64,000 nucleotides of DNA from an uncultured delta proteobacterium (GTDB lineage Bacteria > Desulfobacterota > Binatia > UBA9968), in NCBI GenBank assembly GCA_963728565.1, contig CAVSLC010000013.1:96001-160000 (forward strand), read 5' to 3'. The notes beneath the pieces were generated by a model. That model did not search any database, was not told the DNA's origin, and was given only the letters and a program-made list of their open reading frames with translations. The position numbers were made by a program, and so were the translations under genes. Position 1 is the first letter of the stretch, and the number at the start of each line of letters is the position of its first letter. Of this stretch, positions 20,545-29,522 are shown one piece after another.

Positions 20545-21573
20545 ATGTCAGTGATAGATTCGGACGCGCACGTTTTAGAGACCGAGCGCACTTGGGACTA
20601 CATGCTGGAATCCGAACACTCGATGAGACCGCGGGTAGTGCCGACGCCTAGCGACCCGACTTCCGGAGGGGAGTCCTGGCTGGTGGACGGCACTTACATC
20701 GGCAAGGCGCGCAACGTCGGCCATGACACAGCGAGAGAAGCGCGTGAGATGGACGATATCAGAGCGCGGCTGGCGCACATGGACGAGCTCGATATCGACG
20801 TCCAGGTGCTCTATCCAACGATATTTCTTCGTCCGTTCACGCGCCGGCCGGAGGTTGAGCTGGCAGTGGCGCGCAGCTACAACCGATGGCTCGTGGATAT
20901 CTGGAAAGCAGCGCCCGAGCGCTTGCGCTGGGTAGCGGTGTTGCCGCTCCTGACTATGGACAAGGCGGTTGAAGAAGCTCGCTTTGCCAAAGAAAATGGC
21001 GCATGTGGCATCTTCATGCGTGGTCTGGAAGGCGATAAGCGGATCAGCGATAGCTATTTTTTTCCGATCTACGAGGAAGCCGGGAGACTGGATTTGCCGA
21101 TCTGCGTCCATTCCGCAACCGGCAGCTTCGCGGTGCATGACTATTTCATCGACGAGTGCGGCTTCAATAAATTCAAGCTGGCTGTGGTCGGGTCGTTTCA
21201 TTCGCTCATCTTCAACAAGGTCCCCGAGAGGTTTCCGCAGACCCGATGGGCTTTTATCGAGGTCAGCTCCCAATGGATACCGTACGCCATCCACGATTAT
21301 GCGCGGCGCTTCGAGCGCGCCGGCGCCAAGGTCGACAAATCCGATGTGCTGCGGCGAAACAGAATCTGGGTTGCATGCCAGACCGATGACGATCTTTCCT
21401 ATGTGCTTGAGTACGCCGGCGACAGCACGCTGGTGATCGGCACAGATTACGGACACAACGACACATCATCGGAGATTCTGGCGCTGCGCAAGCTCAGGGA
21501 GGATGGCGCTGTGCCGCCGCAGGTCGTAAAGAAAATCCTCGACGACAACGCCAAGGCGCTCTACAGCCTTTAA
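20545..21573 (+). CDS. Amidohydrolase-2 family protein
   Basis: IDSDAH, QVLYPT, YNRWL, PICVH, GTDYGH. Confidence 0.9.
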   Translation: MSVIDSDAHVLETERTWDYMLESEHSMRPRVVPTPSDPTSGGESWLVDGTYIGKARNVGHDTAREAREMDDIRARLAHMDELDIDVQVLYPTIFLRPFTRRPEVELAVARSYNRWLVDIWKAAPERLRWVAVLPLLTMDKAVEEARFAKENGACGIFMRGLEGDKRISDSYFFPIYEEAGRLDLPICVHSATGSFAVHDYFIDECGFNKFKLAVVGSFHSLIFNKVPERFPQTRWAFIEVSSQWIPYAIHDYARRFERAGAKVDKSDVLRRNRIWVACQTDDDLSYVLEYAGDSTLVIGTDYGHNDTSSEILALRKLREDGAVPPQVVKKILDDNAKALYSL

Positions 21574-21603
21574 ATCCGTAGCTCAGAGATCAGAAGATTT
21601 CCT

Positions 21604-22629
21604 ATGGTCATTGATTTTCAAGCTCACCTATTTCCCGAAGAGTACATCAACGAACTTAAGCGCCGCGACGGCGCGGTCATTCTCGAAGAGCCCGACCCGT
21701 ACAGCGGCATGACTTATTTCTACGACAAGAAATTGCGTTGTCGAATCAACACGGCAATCTTCCAAGGGCGTGACATCGAGCGCCGGCTCGAGCATATGGA
21801 CCGGCTCGGCATCGATATTCATGTATTGACCATCCCCGCTCCCGGCGCGGATCGATTCGACCCGGACGATGCCGTGGCGATCGCGCGGGTGGCCAATGAC
21901 GCCATCGCGGCTATCTGCCGCAGACACCCAAGCCGCTTCATCGGCTTCTTCACCCTGCCGACCAGCTCGATTTCAGCATCGCTGGATGAGCTTGAGCGCT
22001 CGGTACATGAGCTGGGGCTCAAGGGCTTTGCTTCTTTCGCCAACCTTAACGGCCAGGCTCTGGATCGCGAAGAATTGTTTCCGATCTACGAACGACTCGC
22101 TCAGTATAAGCTGCCGGTCTACATTCATCCCACTGCCCCGTTGGCCACGGAAGCTACCGGAATTGACATCATGCCGACTCTGATATTCGGTTGGGCTTTC
22201 GACAGCACGGTGGCGATGACCCGGCTCGTTTATGGCCGCGTGCTCGAGCGCTTTCCGGAAATCGATTTCGTCGTCGCCGACGTCGGCGGCGTGCTGGCAT
22301 TTTTCGCCCAGCGCGCGAAGAATATTTACTCCGGACGCACCGAAGAAATTCGGCAACGGTACGGGCTCAAAGAGAACCCACTCGACTCTTTTCGGCGATT
22401 CTACGTCGATACGGCCGACCACCCGGCCTCGACATTGAAATGTGTTTTGGATTTTTTTGGCCCGGAGCGGCTGGTGCTCGGAACCAATTATCCATATGGT
22501 CCGGAAGAGGGTTGCGTGCTCATTAAAAATAGCTTGGCCGCCATTGACGGTCTGAACTTGAGCAAGAACGATAAAGAGAAGGTTCTCGGCGGCAATGCCG
22601 CGGAAATTCTCGGCCTGAGATCGGCATGA
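21604..22629 (+). CDS. Amidohydrolase-2 family protein (ACMSD-like fold, altered metal motifs)
   Basis: IDFQAH, MDRLGID, ANDAIA, PVYIHP, FYVDT, GTNYPY. Confidence 0.85.
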   Translation: MVIDFQAHLFPEEYINELKRRDGAVILEEPDPYSGMTYFYDKKLRCRINTAIFQGRDIERRLEHMDRLGIDIHVLTIPAPGADRFDPDDAVAIARVANDAIAAICRRHPSRFIGFFTLPTSSISASLDELERSVHELGLKGFASFANLNGQALDREELFPIYERLAQYKLPVYIHPTAPLATEATGIDIMPTLIFGWAFDSTVAMTRLVYGRVLERFPEIDFVVADVGGVLAFFAQRAKNIYSGRTEEIRQRYGLKENPLDSFRRFYVDTADHPASTLKCVLDFFGPERLVLGTNYPYGPEEGCVLIKNSLAAIDGLNLSKNDKEKVLGGNAAEILGLRSA

Positions 22630-24227
22630 ACTATACCAAGGCAGCAAGACCGGTCGTCATGGGACAAAACGGGGTGGTGTCCGCAGGGCATCCGCTTGGC
22701 GCGCTGTCAGGAGTAAAAATTCTTCAAGAGGGCGGCAACGCGGTCGATGCCGCGTTAGCGGCTGCCTTCGTCATGTCCGTCGTCAAACCGGAGGCCAGCG
22801 GACCTGGCGGTGATCTATTTGCGCTGGTTTACATGAAGAAGGCGGGAAAGGTTGTGGCGCTAAATTCCAGCGGGCCGGCGCCGGCCAAGGCAACGATAAG
22901 TTACTTCCAGGACCACGGATTGAAGAGCATTCCGATCAATGGAGCGCTGAGCATTGCCGTACCAGGCGCGGTGGACGGCTGGCTGGAGCTTCACAAAAAA
23001 CACGGCACCATAGAACTCGAAAGATTAGTGTCCGATGCGGTGCGCATCGCCCGTGAAGGGTTTCCCATTTCCCAGGAGTTTGCCGAAGCCATTGAGGAGC
23101 ATGGCAGGGAGTCTTTCTGGGTCGATCGTTTTTACCGAAAGCCTCTTGGTTTTCCAAAGCCCGGCAGAATATTAAATCAGAAAGGCTTGGCGGCGATTTT
23201 TGAAAAGATCGTCGCTCACGGTCGCGGCGGATTCTACAGCGGTGAAGTCGCCGATCAAATCGTCCAAACGGTCAGAGCCGAAGGCGGCATATTGGCGGAA
23301 GAAGATTTGCAGACAATCGTGGCGCAGTGGATGGAGCCGCTGAGCTCTTCGTACCGCGACACCACGGTCTATGAGCAACCGCCGGTATCGCAGGGCTTCA
23401 TGGTTCTCGAGATGCTCAACATTGCCGAAGCATGGCCTTTTGACAGCGCCAGCATGAGCCGCGCGGAAATGATTCACCTCCAGGTCGCGGCGAAGAAACT
23501 CGCATTTGAAGATCGCATTCGTTATCTCGACGACCCGAGTTTTGGCGATCCAAAAATCGCTATGCTTATCTCAAAAGATTACGCCGCCGCACGTCGTGAG
23601 CTCGCCCAAGACGCTCTGCAACGAAGCCCGGCGGCAGCGCCAAATCAAAGTAGCGATACTACCTATCTCTGCGCCACCGACCGCGACGGCAATGCCATCT
23701 CTTTGATACAGAGCGTGTTCGCGCCGTTTGGCTCGCGGGTGATTGCCGGGGAGACCGGCGTGGTCATGAACAATCGATTATGCAGTTTTGGGCTGGATCC
23801 GGCAAAAGCAAACTCACTCGAGCCAGGGAAAAGGCCGGCACATACGCTCAATACCTATATGGTTTTTAAGGGCGGCGATGTTTTCGCGGTGGGCGGTAGT
23901 CCCGGGGCCGACGAACAGCCGCAAACTAATTTCCAGATCATTCACGATTTAGTCGATCTGAAAATGGATCCACAAAGCGCCGTCGAAGCGCCGCGGTGGA
24001 GCCACCAGCCAGGCACGCCGCCGCGAGACCAGCTCCCCGAGTTGCTGCGGATGGAAGAAGGCTTCGACGCGCAAACTTTAGAAGATTTGCAAGCGCGCGG
24101 ACACAAAGTGTCTGTCGTTGATCGCTGGTCCTTCGGCAGCGCGAAAATCATTGTTCGCGATCACGAAAATGGTTGCTGGCTGGGTGGCGCGGATCCACGC
24201 AGAGTGGCTTACGCCTTGGGGTGGTAG
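22626..24227 (+). CDS. ggt: Gamma-glutamyltransferase family Ntn hydrolase (YwrD/HpxW-like subtype)
   Basis: GGNAVDAA, AVPG, nucleophile DTT, PGKRPAHTL, GSPG, GGADPRR. Confidence 0.9.
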   Translation: MNYTKAARPVVMGQNGVVSAGHPLGALSGVKILQEGGNAVDAALAAAFVMSVVKPEASGPGGDLFALVYMKKAGKVVALNSSGPAPAKATISYFQDHGLKSIPINGALSIAVPGAVDGWLELHKKHGTIELERLVSDAVRIAREGFPISQEFAEAIEEHGRESFWVDRFYRKPLGFPKPGRILNQKGLAAIFEKIVAHGRGGFYSGEVADQIVQTVRAEGGILAEEDLQTIVAQWMEPLSSSYRDTTVYEQPPVSQGFMVLEMLNIAEAWPFDSASMSRAEMIHLQVAAKKLAFEDRIRYLDDPSFGDPKIAMLISKDYAAARRELAQDALQRSPAAAPNQSSDTTYLCATDRDGNAISLIQSVFAPFGSRVIAGETGVVMNNRLCSFGLDPAKANSLEPGKRPAHTLNTYMVFKGGDVFAVGGSPGADEQPQTNFQIIHDLVDLKMDPQSAVEAPRWSHQPGTPPRDQLPELLRMEEGFDAQTLEDLQARGHKVSVVDRWSFGSAKIIVRDHENGCWLGGADPRRVAYALGW

Positions 24228-24242
24228 CGATGCAACCACCTA

Positions 24243-24273
24243 GAGGCGGAGTTTCGACGCTCTGCTTCAGTTT
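24243..24273 (+). terminator. Possible intrinsic terminator after ggt
   Basis: GAGGCGGAG / CTCTGCTTC 9-bp stem (two G-U pairs), followed only by a short AGTTT. Confidence 0.35.
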
Positions 24274-24388
24274 CGAGTGCGCCACGAAGAAGCGCGCTTC
24301 ATAGAAGAACCGCGAGATATTCGAATCATTTTTAGCCCGGGCGATCCGGAAAAGGCTCATAACCAACCGCGCAAGTTAAGGCGACCTC

Positions 24389-25441
24389 GTGAAGTCTAGC
24401 CTGTTTACAGAAATTCAGTGCCCGGCAGGTTCATCCCCCGAAGAACGCCTCAAGGAGTTTCTTGAGCAAGCTGAGCTAGCGGATGATCTCGGCTTTACAA
24501 CTTTCTGGATTGCCGAAATTCACTGCCAGCCGAAGTTTTCTCTACTTGCCGCGCCGTATGTCGTGTTAGGAGCGGCAGCTCAGAGAACCAAACGTCTGCG
24601 GCTCGGCGTCGCCGTCAATACCTTGCCGATTCATCATCCGGTACAGCTGGCGGAACAGGCCGCGATGCTCGACATACTTTCTGGCGGTCGCATGGATTTC
24701 GCTGCCGGCGGGGGTCATCCGCACAGCCGCGCTTACGAATGCTTTGGCGCAGACCACAAAGTAACACACGATCTTATGGTGGAGGCTTTGCAAATTATTC
24801 GTCGGGGTTGGTCTGAAGAGATTCTGACCTTCGACGGAAAATTCTTCCAGATTCCTGAAGTCGTGGTCAACCCCAAACCGGTTCAAAGGCCGCTGCCGCC
24901 ATTTTACATGGCGACGAGTTCTCTTGATGGAGTCACAGTGGGAGCCCGTCTGGGGATCAATTTGCTCCTGCCGATTCACACCCGTACGCCGGAGCAAGTG
25001 ATCGAATATTCCCAGGCTTATTGGCGCGGACTGGAAACCTATGGCCATGATCCAACCTCAAGGGAATTGGGTCTTTTAGTGCCGATGCATCTGGCGTCGA
25101 GTACCGCCCAGGCCAGGTCCCGCTCTGAAGCCGGCATCATGAGTTACTTCAAAACCATCGCCGATATGCGCAGTGATTATGTTGAGTGGTTGACTCGGCG
25201 CGGCGATGAATTGCCCGTCCGGCTGAGAACCGCTGCCGGCGCTTCGGTGAGCTTCGATGACATATGCGCGCGCCATGCGGTGATTGCGGATCCCGAATCT
25301 GCCCTGCAGACGCTTAAAGGTTTAACTGCGGATACCGGCGCGACGAACCTTCTCACTTGGTTCAACATCGGCAACGTGCCGCACCAGCTGGTTCAAGAAT
25401 CGATGCAGCAGTTCGCGGCTGAAGTCATGCCGCATCTATGA
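24389..25441 (+). CDS. LLM-class (luciferase-like) flavin-dependent oxidoreductase
   Basis: ADDLGF..WIAEIH, RTKRLRLG, HPVQLAEQAAMLDILSGGR, PKPVQRPLPP, FAAEVMP. Confidence 0.92.
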   Translation: MKSSLFTEIQCPAGSSPEERLKEFLEQAELADDLGFTTFWIAEIHCQPKFSLLAAPYVVLGAAAQRTKRLRLGVAVNTLPIHHPVQLAEQAAMLDILSGGRMDFAAGGGHPHSRAYECFGADHKVTHDLMVEALQIIRRGWSEEILTFDGKFFQIPEVVVNPKPVQRPLPPFYMATSSLDGVTVGARLGINLLLPIHTRTPEQVIEYSQAYWRGLETYGHDPTSRELGLLVPMHLASSTAQARSRSEAGIMSYFKTIADMRSDYVEWLTRRGDELPVRLRTAAGASVSFDDICARHAVIADPESALQTLKGLTADTGATNLLTWFNIGNVPHQLVQESMQQFAAEVMPHL

Positions 25442-25460
25442 TTGTTAGCAGAGGATCGAT

Positions 25461-25814
25461 ATGGAAAATCTAACAGAGCAGAAATGCGAAGCGTGTCGCG
25501 TCGGTGCGCCACCTGTCACGGCCGGTGAGATACAAGAGCTCCAGCCCAGAGTGCCTGATTGGCAAATCATCACTGAAGACAGCATTCCCAAGTTGGACCG
25601 GCAGTTCAAATTCAAGAATTTCAAAGATGCGTTGGCCTTCACCGATGCCGTGGGAGCAGCCGCGGAGGAAGAGGGCCATCATCCGCGTATCACCACGGAA
25701 TGGGGCAAAGTGGGGGTGACCTGGTGGACGCACAAAATCCGTAATCTACACAAAAACGACTTCATCATGGCGGCGAAAACCGACGCGATCTATAGGAACT
25801 ATCAGCAGAGTTAG
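25461..25814 (+). CDS. phhB: Pterin-4-alpha-carbinolamine dehydratase
   Basis: CEAC N-terminus, FKFKNF, EGHHP, WWTH, NDFIMAAK. Confidence 0.92.
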   Translation: MENLTEQKCEACRVGAPPVTAGEIQELQPRVPDWQIITEDSIPKLDRQFKFKNFKDALAFTDAVGAAAEEEGHHPRITTEWGKVGVTWWTHKIRNLHKNDFIMAAKTDAIYRNYQQS

Positions 25815-25924
25815 CGGATCAAACAGCGGAAGAGGCTGATAGACTTCCGCTGGCACTGCCCGCGAGAGAGACAACGCATCACTCTGCGCGACTTCTACCA
25901 ACAATCAGGGAGCTGGGAGAACCA

Positions 25925-26959
25925 ATGGTTCAATCGATAAGTTTCTGCCTAGCGTGCATTTGGACGCTGATGTTTGGTTTCAAAACCGGTTACGCCGCTT
26001 CTGCCGATGATAATTTCTACAAAGGCAAGACCATTCGTCTGATCGTCGCTTTCTCCGCCGGCGGAGGATACGACACCTATTCTAGAACCATCGCGCGGCA
26101 TCTCAGCAAACATATTCCTGGCAATCCGTCTGTCATCGTTGAAAACATGACCGGCGCCGGCGGTATCATTCACGCCAACTTCATGTACCAGCAGGGCAAG
26201 CCGGACGGCCTGATCATCGGCAACAATGCCGGAGGGCTGTTTCTTCAACAGCTTATGGGGGCCAAGGGAATCGAATTTGACGGCAAAAAATTCGAGTTCA
26301 TCGGAGTGCCGGGCCCCGATCATCCGGCATGCGCCATCACCAAGGTGAGCGGCGTCACCTCGATGGAGCAGTGGTTTGCGGCCAAGGAGCCGATCAAGTT
26401 CGGCGGCGTGGGGCCGGGCGGGACCGCGTCTGATATTCCGCGAATATTGCACGCGGCTCTCGGGCTGCCCATCCGTGTCATCGATGGTTATAAGGGTACC
26501 GCAGATATCCGACTGGCGACCGAAAGCGGTGAACTGGCGGGAGGCTGTTTAGGTTGGGAGTCGCTTAAAACAACCTGGCGAAAAGGCATCGAATCAGGCG
26601 AGGTCAATGTTGTGGTGCAGAATATGCCGAAAAAACACCCCGAGCTGCCCAGTGTGCCGCTAGTAGGCGATTACGTCAAAACCGACGAGGCTCGAAGGCT
26701 GATCAAATACGGCATTCAAGATACGGCGGTGATCACCAGACCTTATTTTCTGTCCCCAGGTACACCGAAGAATCGTGTCCAACTACTCCGCAAGGCCTTT
26801 GCCGATACACTGAAGGATCCAGAGCTGCTGGCCGAAGCGAAAAAGGCTAATCTAGATATCGATCCTATCTCAGGCGAAGAAGTTGAAGCTATTGCTCAGG
26901 GCCTGTACAAAATCGAGCCCGCTTTCATAGCAAGGATGAAGCAGGTCTTGGTGCCTTAG
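25925..26959 (+). CDS. Tripartite tricarboxylate transporter substrate-binding protein (Bug/TctC)
   Basis: Signal peptide; FSAGGGYD, VENMTGAGG, KPDG, GYKG, PGTP; no tctA/tctB adjacent. Confidence 0.9.
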   Translation: MVQSISFCLACIWTLMFGFKTGYAASADDNFYKGKTIRLIVAFSAGGGYDTYSRTIARHLSKHIPGNPSVIVENMTGAGGIIHANFMYQQGKPDGLIIGNNAGGLFLQQLMGAKGIEFDGKKFEFIGVPGPDHPACAITKVSGVTSMEQWFAAKEPIKFGGVGPGGTASDIPRILHAALGLPIRVIDGYKGTADIRLATESGELAGGCLGWESLKTTWRKGIESGEVNVVVQNMPKKHPELPSVPLVGDYVKTDEARRLIKYGIQDTAVITRPYFLSPGTPKNRVQLLRKAFADTLKDPELLAEAKKANLDIDPISGEEVEAIAQGLYKIEPAFIARMKQVLVP

Positions 26960-26969
26960 CTTAAATACA

Positions 26970-27126
26970 GTTCCAGTCATTCCAATAGTTTCAGTATTGC
27001 AGTCTTTTAGTAAGCTGAAGGCGTAAACTTCAAGTAATCTGAGAGGTGCTTCGTGGCGTCGCCGAGCACTCGCCGAAGTTAACTATGAACAATTGGAACC
27101 GTTGGAGGTGGAACGGCTGGAACCGC
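26970..27126. repeat. Imperfect inverted repeat built from ~9-nt TTCCA/TGGAAC units, between convergent genes
   Basis: Left arm gttccagtca ttccaatag tttcagta ttgcagtc; right arm tggaaccgt tggagg tggaacggc tggaaccgc; internal GTGCT..AGCAC hairpin. Confidence 0.55.
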
Positions 27127-27133
27127 CTTTATC

Positions 27134-28747
27134 CTACTGGGCTTGATCGATAACGATGTCAATGTTCTTGGCGCCGACGTCGATCGGCGCCTGATAACTT
27201 CCCATCAAATCTCCTGGTGTCCGCGTTGTTGGATTGCCATCCTGGTCTAAGCGGACGCTTAAATTGATTTTGCCGGTGAACGGGGTTCCCTGCATCATGA
27301 CGTTGTCGGCGCCAATGACATACGACAATGGAAAAACCGGCCGATCGATTTTCTTGACCGCGAGCGGCGGTCCTCCTCCGGAACCGGCGGGTCTTGCGAT
27401 GATGAACAACGTCGCATTGTTGTTCATGCCTTTGAACTTCGAGCCGAGAGTGATTTTACCGCTGACGGTTTGCTTCGAAGCCGGCGAAGGCGAAGCGGGG
27501 ACTTGCCCGGCATCGCTACCCGGCGGGGGAAAGGATGCGACGATTTTTTCTATCTCGGCTCTATCCTCGCCCGGCGGAATGAGCTGCAATAACTGTTGTA
27601 ACACTACGCGTGCCGCGGCGTAATCCTTCTTCTCGCGATACAGGATCATTCCTTTGCCCCAGAGCGCCATAGGATAATTGGGCGCTTGCGCCAGAGCTCG
27701 ATCGAAAGCCATCATCGCGCCATCGGCATGACCCGCCTGAATGAGTATCATGCCCATGTAGCTGTGCGCCTCAGGCTGGTTAGGATCGGTCTCCAAAACT
27801 TTCTTGAAGGATTCGATAGCTTTGGGAAAATCCTGTTTGGCAAATGCTCTCTTACCCTCTTCTAAAGCGGCACGCGTTGCGCCATCGCCAGGTATTGTGC
27901 CGGTGAGAAAGTCTCCGGTCATCGAGTCCTGTTCAGAGCTCCGTGGACGTAGCGACTGAGTCAGCAATATCCCGAGAGCCAGGCCGAAGAGAACGAGGAA
28001 CGCTCCACCTGCAGCCAATTGCCAGCGTCGAAATCGACCACGACTTGGGCTCTCTGGCCGCCGGGCTGGCTTCTCTTTTACTGGTGCTTTGACCACCGGC
28101 TCCGGTGGCACTGCGCGTAGCTGCTGTAGAACCAGCGATTGCTTGCCTTCCACCTCCCTTCTTAAAGCGCTGTAATCGGCTTGTGAAAGTTTGCCGGATT
28201 CAAAATCGAATTCCAGTTCCGTTAACTCGTCGGCGAGCCGGACGTTTTCACGCGCCAACTGCGCCCTTGCAGTAGGATCGTCGACATCGGGCACTTCAAC
28301 ATTGTTCACCTTTATTTCTTTGCCCAACCTGGTGGCAAACCCAGGATCCATCTCAGAAGCAACGCGCTTCGCCTTTCTTGCCGACCAGCGGCGCGCAAGC
28401 AAGAGAGCGGTGATCACTCCGATGATCAGGACAGTCAGCGGTAGCCACCATAGAAGTCGATTGAAACCGGTGTCAGTCGGCTTCAGCAGCACCCACTCGC
28501 CGTATTTCGACACAAAGAAATCCTTGACCTCCTGTGGAGACTTGCCGGCTTGCAGCTGCTCGCGAACACTGGCGCGCATCTGCTGCGCCATCTCCGAGGG
28601 CGAGTCAGCCACCGAGAGATTCTGGCAAACCACACAGCGCAGTTCCGCAGAAACCGCCCGAGTCTGTTCCTCGATGTCCGGTGCCGGCTCGGCTTGGAGC
28701 CGGTCATCAAAAAAACTCAGTAAAATGACAATAATGAGAACAGCCAT
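27134..28747 (-). CDS. ccmH: Cytochrome c biogenesis protein CcmH fused to CcmI/CycH (TPR and C-terminal domain)
   Basis: LRCVVCQN, YGEWVLLKP, TPR helices, C-terminal PPLAVK..FPL. Confidence 0.92.
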   Translation of the reverse strand: MAVLIIVILLSFFDDRLQAEPAPDIEEQTRAVSAELRCVVCQNLSVADSPSEMAQQMRASVREQLQAGKSPQEVKDFFVSKYGEWVLLKPTDTGFNRLLWWLPLTVLIIGVITALLLARRWSARKAKRVASEMDPGFATRLGKEIKVNNVEVPDVDDPTARAQLARENVRLADELTELEFDFESGKLSQADYSALRREVEGKQSLVLQQLRAVPPEPVVKAPVKEKPARRPESPSRGRFRRWQLAAGGAFLVLFGLALGILLTQSLRPRSSEQDSMTGDFLTGTIPGDGATRAALEEGKRAFAKQDFPKAIESFKKVLETDPNQPEAHSYMGMILIQAGHADGAMMAFDRALAQAPNYPMALWGKGMILYREKKDYAAARVVLQQLLQLIPPGEDRAEIEKIVASFPPPGSDAGQVPASPSPASKQTVSGKITLGSKFKGMNNNATLFIIARPAGSGGGPPLAVKKIDRPVFPLSYVIGADNVMMQGTPFTGKINLSVRLDQDGNPTTRTPGDLMGSYQAPIDVGAKNIDIVIDQAQ

Positions 28748-28751
28748 TGTT

Positions 28752-29318
28752 CTAACGTACGGATTGAAACTCGCCTCTTCCTTCCTTAGCGCTGACCAGG
28801 CCCTGTTGCGCTTCGAGCAGCTTCTCAGTCACCATGACCGCGCGGATACCGCCGACGTGTTTGTAGGTGATCCGCCCTTGGGGATCGATAAAAAAACTTT
28901 CCGGAATTCCCCAGACACCGTAATCGATAGCGATCTTGCCGGATTCATCCTTGCCGTTGGGGTACGTCACCTCGAACTCCTTAAGAAATTCGAGCGATGC
29001 CTGATCGGTGTCCTGGAGCGCAACTCCGATAAAAATCACGTTCTTGTCCTTCAGCTTTTGCCAAGCTGCTTCGAGGTCTCGCGCTTCGGCGCGGCACGGC
29101 GGGCACCAGGAAGCCCAAAAATTAAGAAATATGGCTTTGCCACGTAGATCTTCTAGCCGAAGCTTGCCGCCATTGAAAAGCTCGATGGAAAACGGCGTCG
29201 CCGGTTTGGCCAGCAACGGCGAGGTAATGTAGCGCGCATCACGGCTGAATCCGAACGCCAGCAAGGCCAAAATTGGCGCAACGATCAATAAAGTAAGAGC
29301 GACTCGGCGCCAGCGCAT
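28752..29318 (-). CDS. ccmG: Thiol-disulfide oxidoreductase CcmG/TlpA
   Basis: N-terminal TM, NFWASWCPPC, YGVWGIPESFFID. Confidence 0.88.
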   Translation of the reverse strand: MRWRRVALTLLIVAPILALLAFGFSRDARYITSPLLAKPATPFSIELFNGGKLRLEDLRGKAIFLNFWASWCPPCRAEARDLEAAWQKLKDKNVIFIGVALQDTDQASLEFLKEFEVTYPNGKDESGKIAIDYGVWGIPESFFIDPQGRITYKHVGGIRAVMVTEKLLEAQQGLVSAKEGRGEFQSVR

Positions 29319-29522
29319 GCTAACCGACCTCGTTGCACGTGCAGGGGCAAAGCGTTTGCAAAAGTTTTCGTTCTTCGAAACTGCTCAGGCATTCGCTTCA
29401 TCCAGGCACCGTAAAATTCTCCAACCGGAGACAGCGACAAAAATCGAATGGCAATAACCGCGCTCCCGATGACTGCAGCACTAGCTTCCACAGTTAGGCA
29501 AACTTAAGAAGACGACCCCAGC

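Noticed and set aside
26970-27126. CRISPR array
   Set aside because: Units are ~9 nt, degenerate and inverted, with no spacers and no cas genes
28191-29147. 318-aa plus-strand ORF, and similar long antisense ORFs at 20575-21456, 45314-46120 and 58450-59319
   Set aside because: They lie opposite well-supported genes and have no recognisable motifs; shadow ORFs from codon bias
29285-29491. 68-aa ORF in the ccmF-ccmG gap
   Set aside because: No motif or clear RBS, and it overlaps the ccmG start
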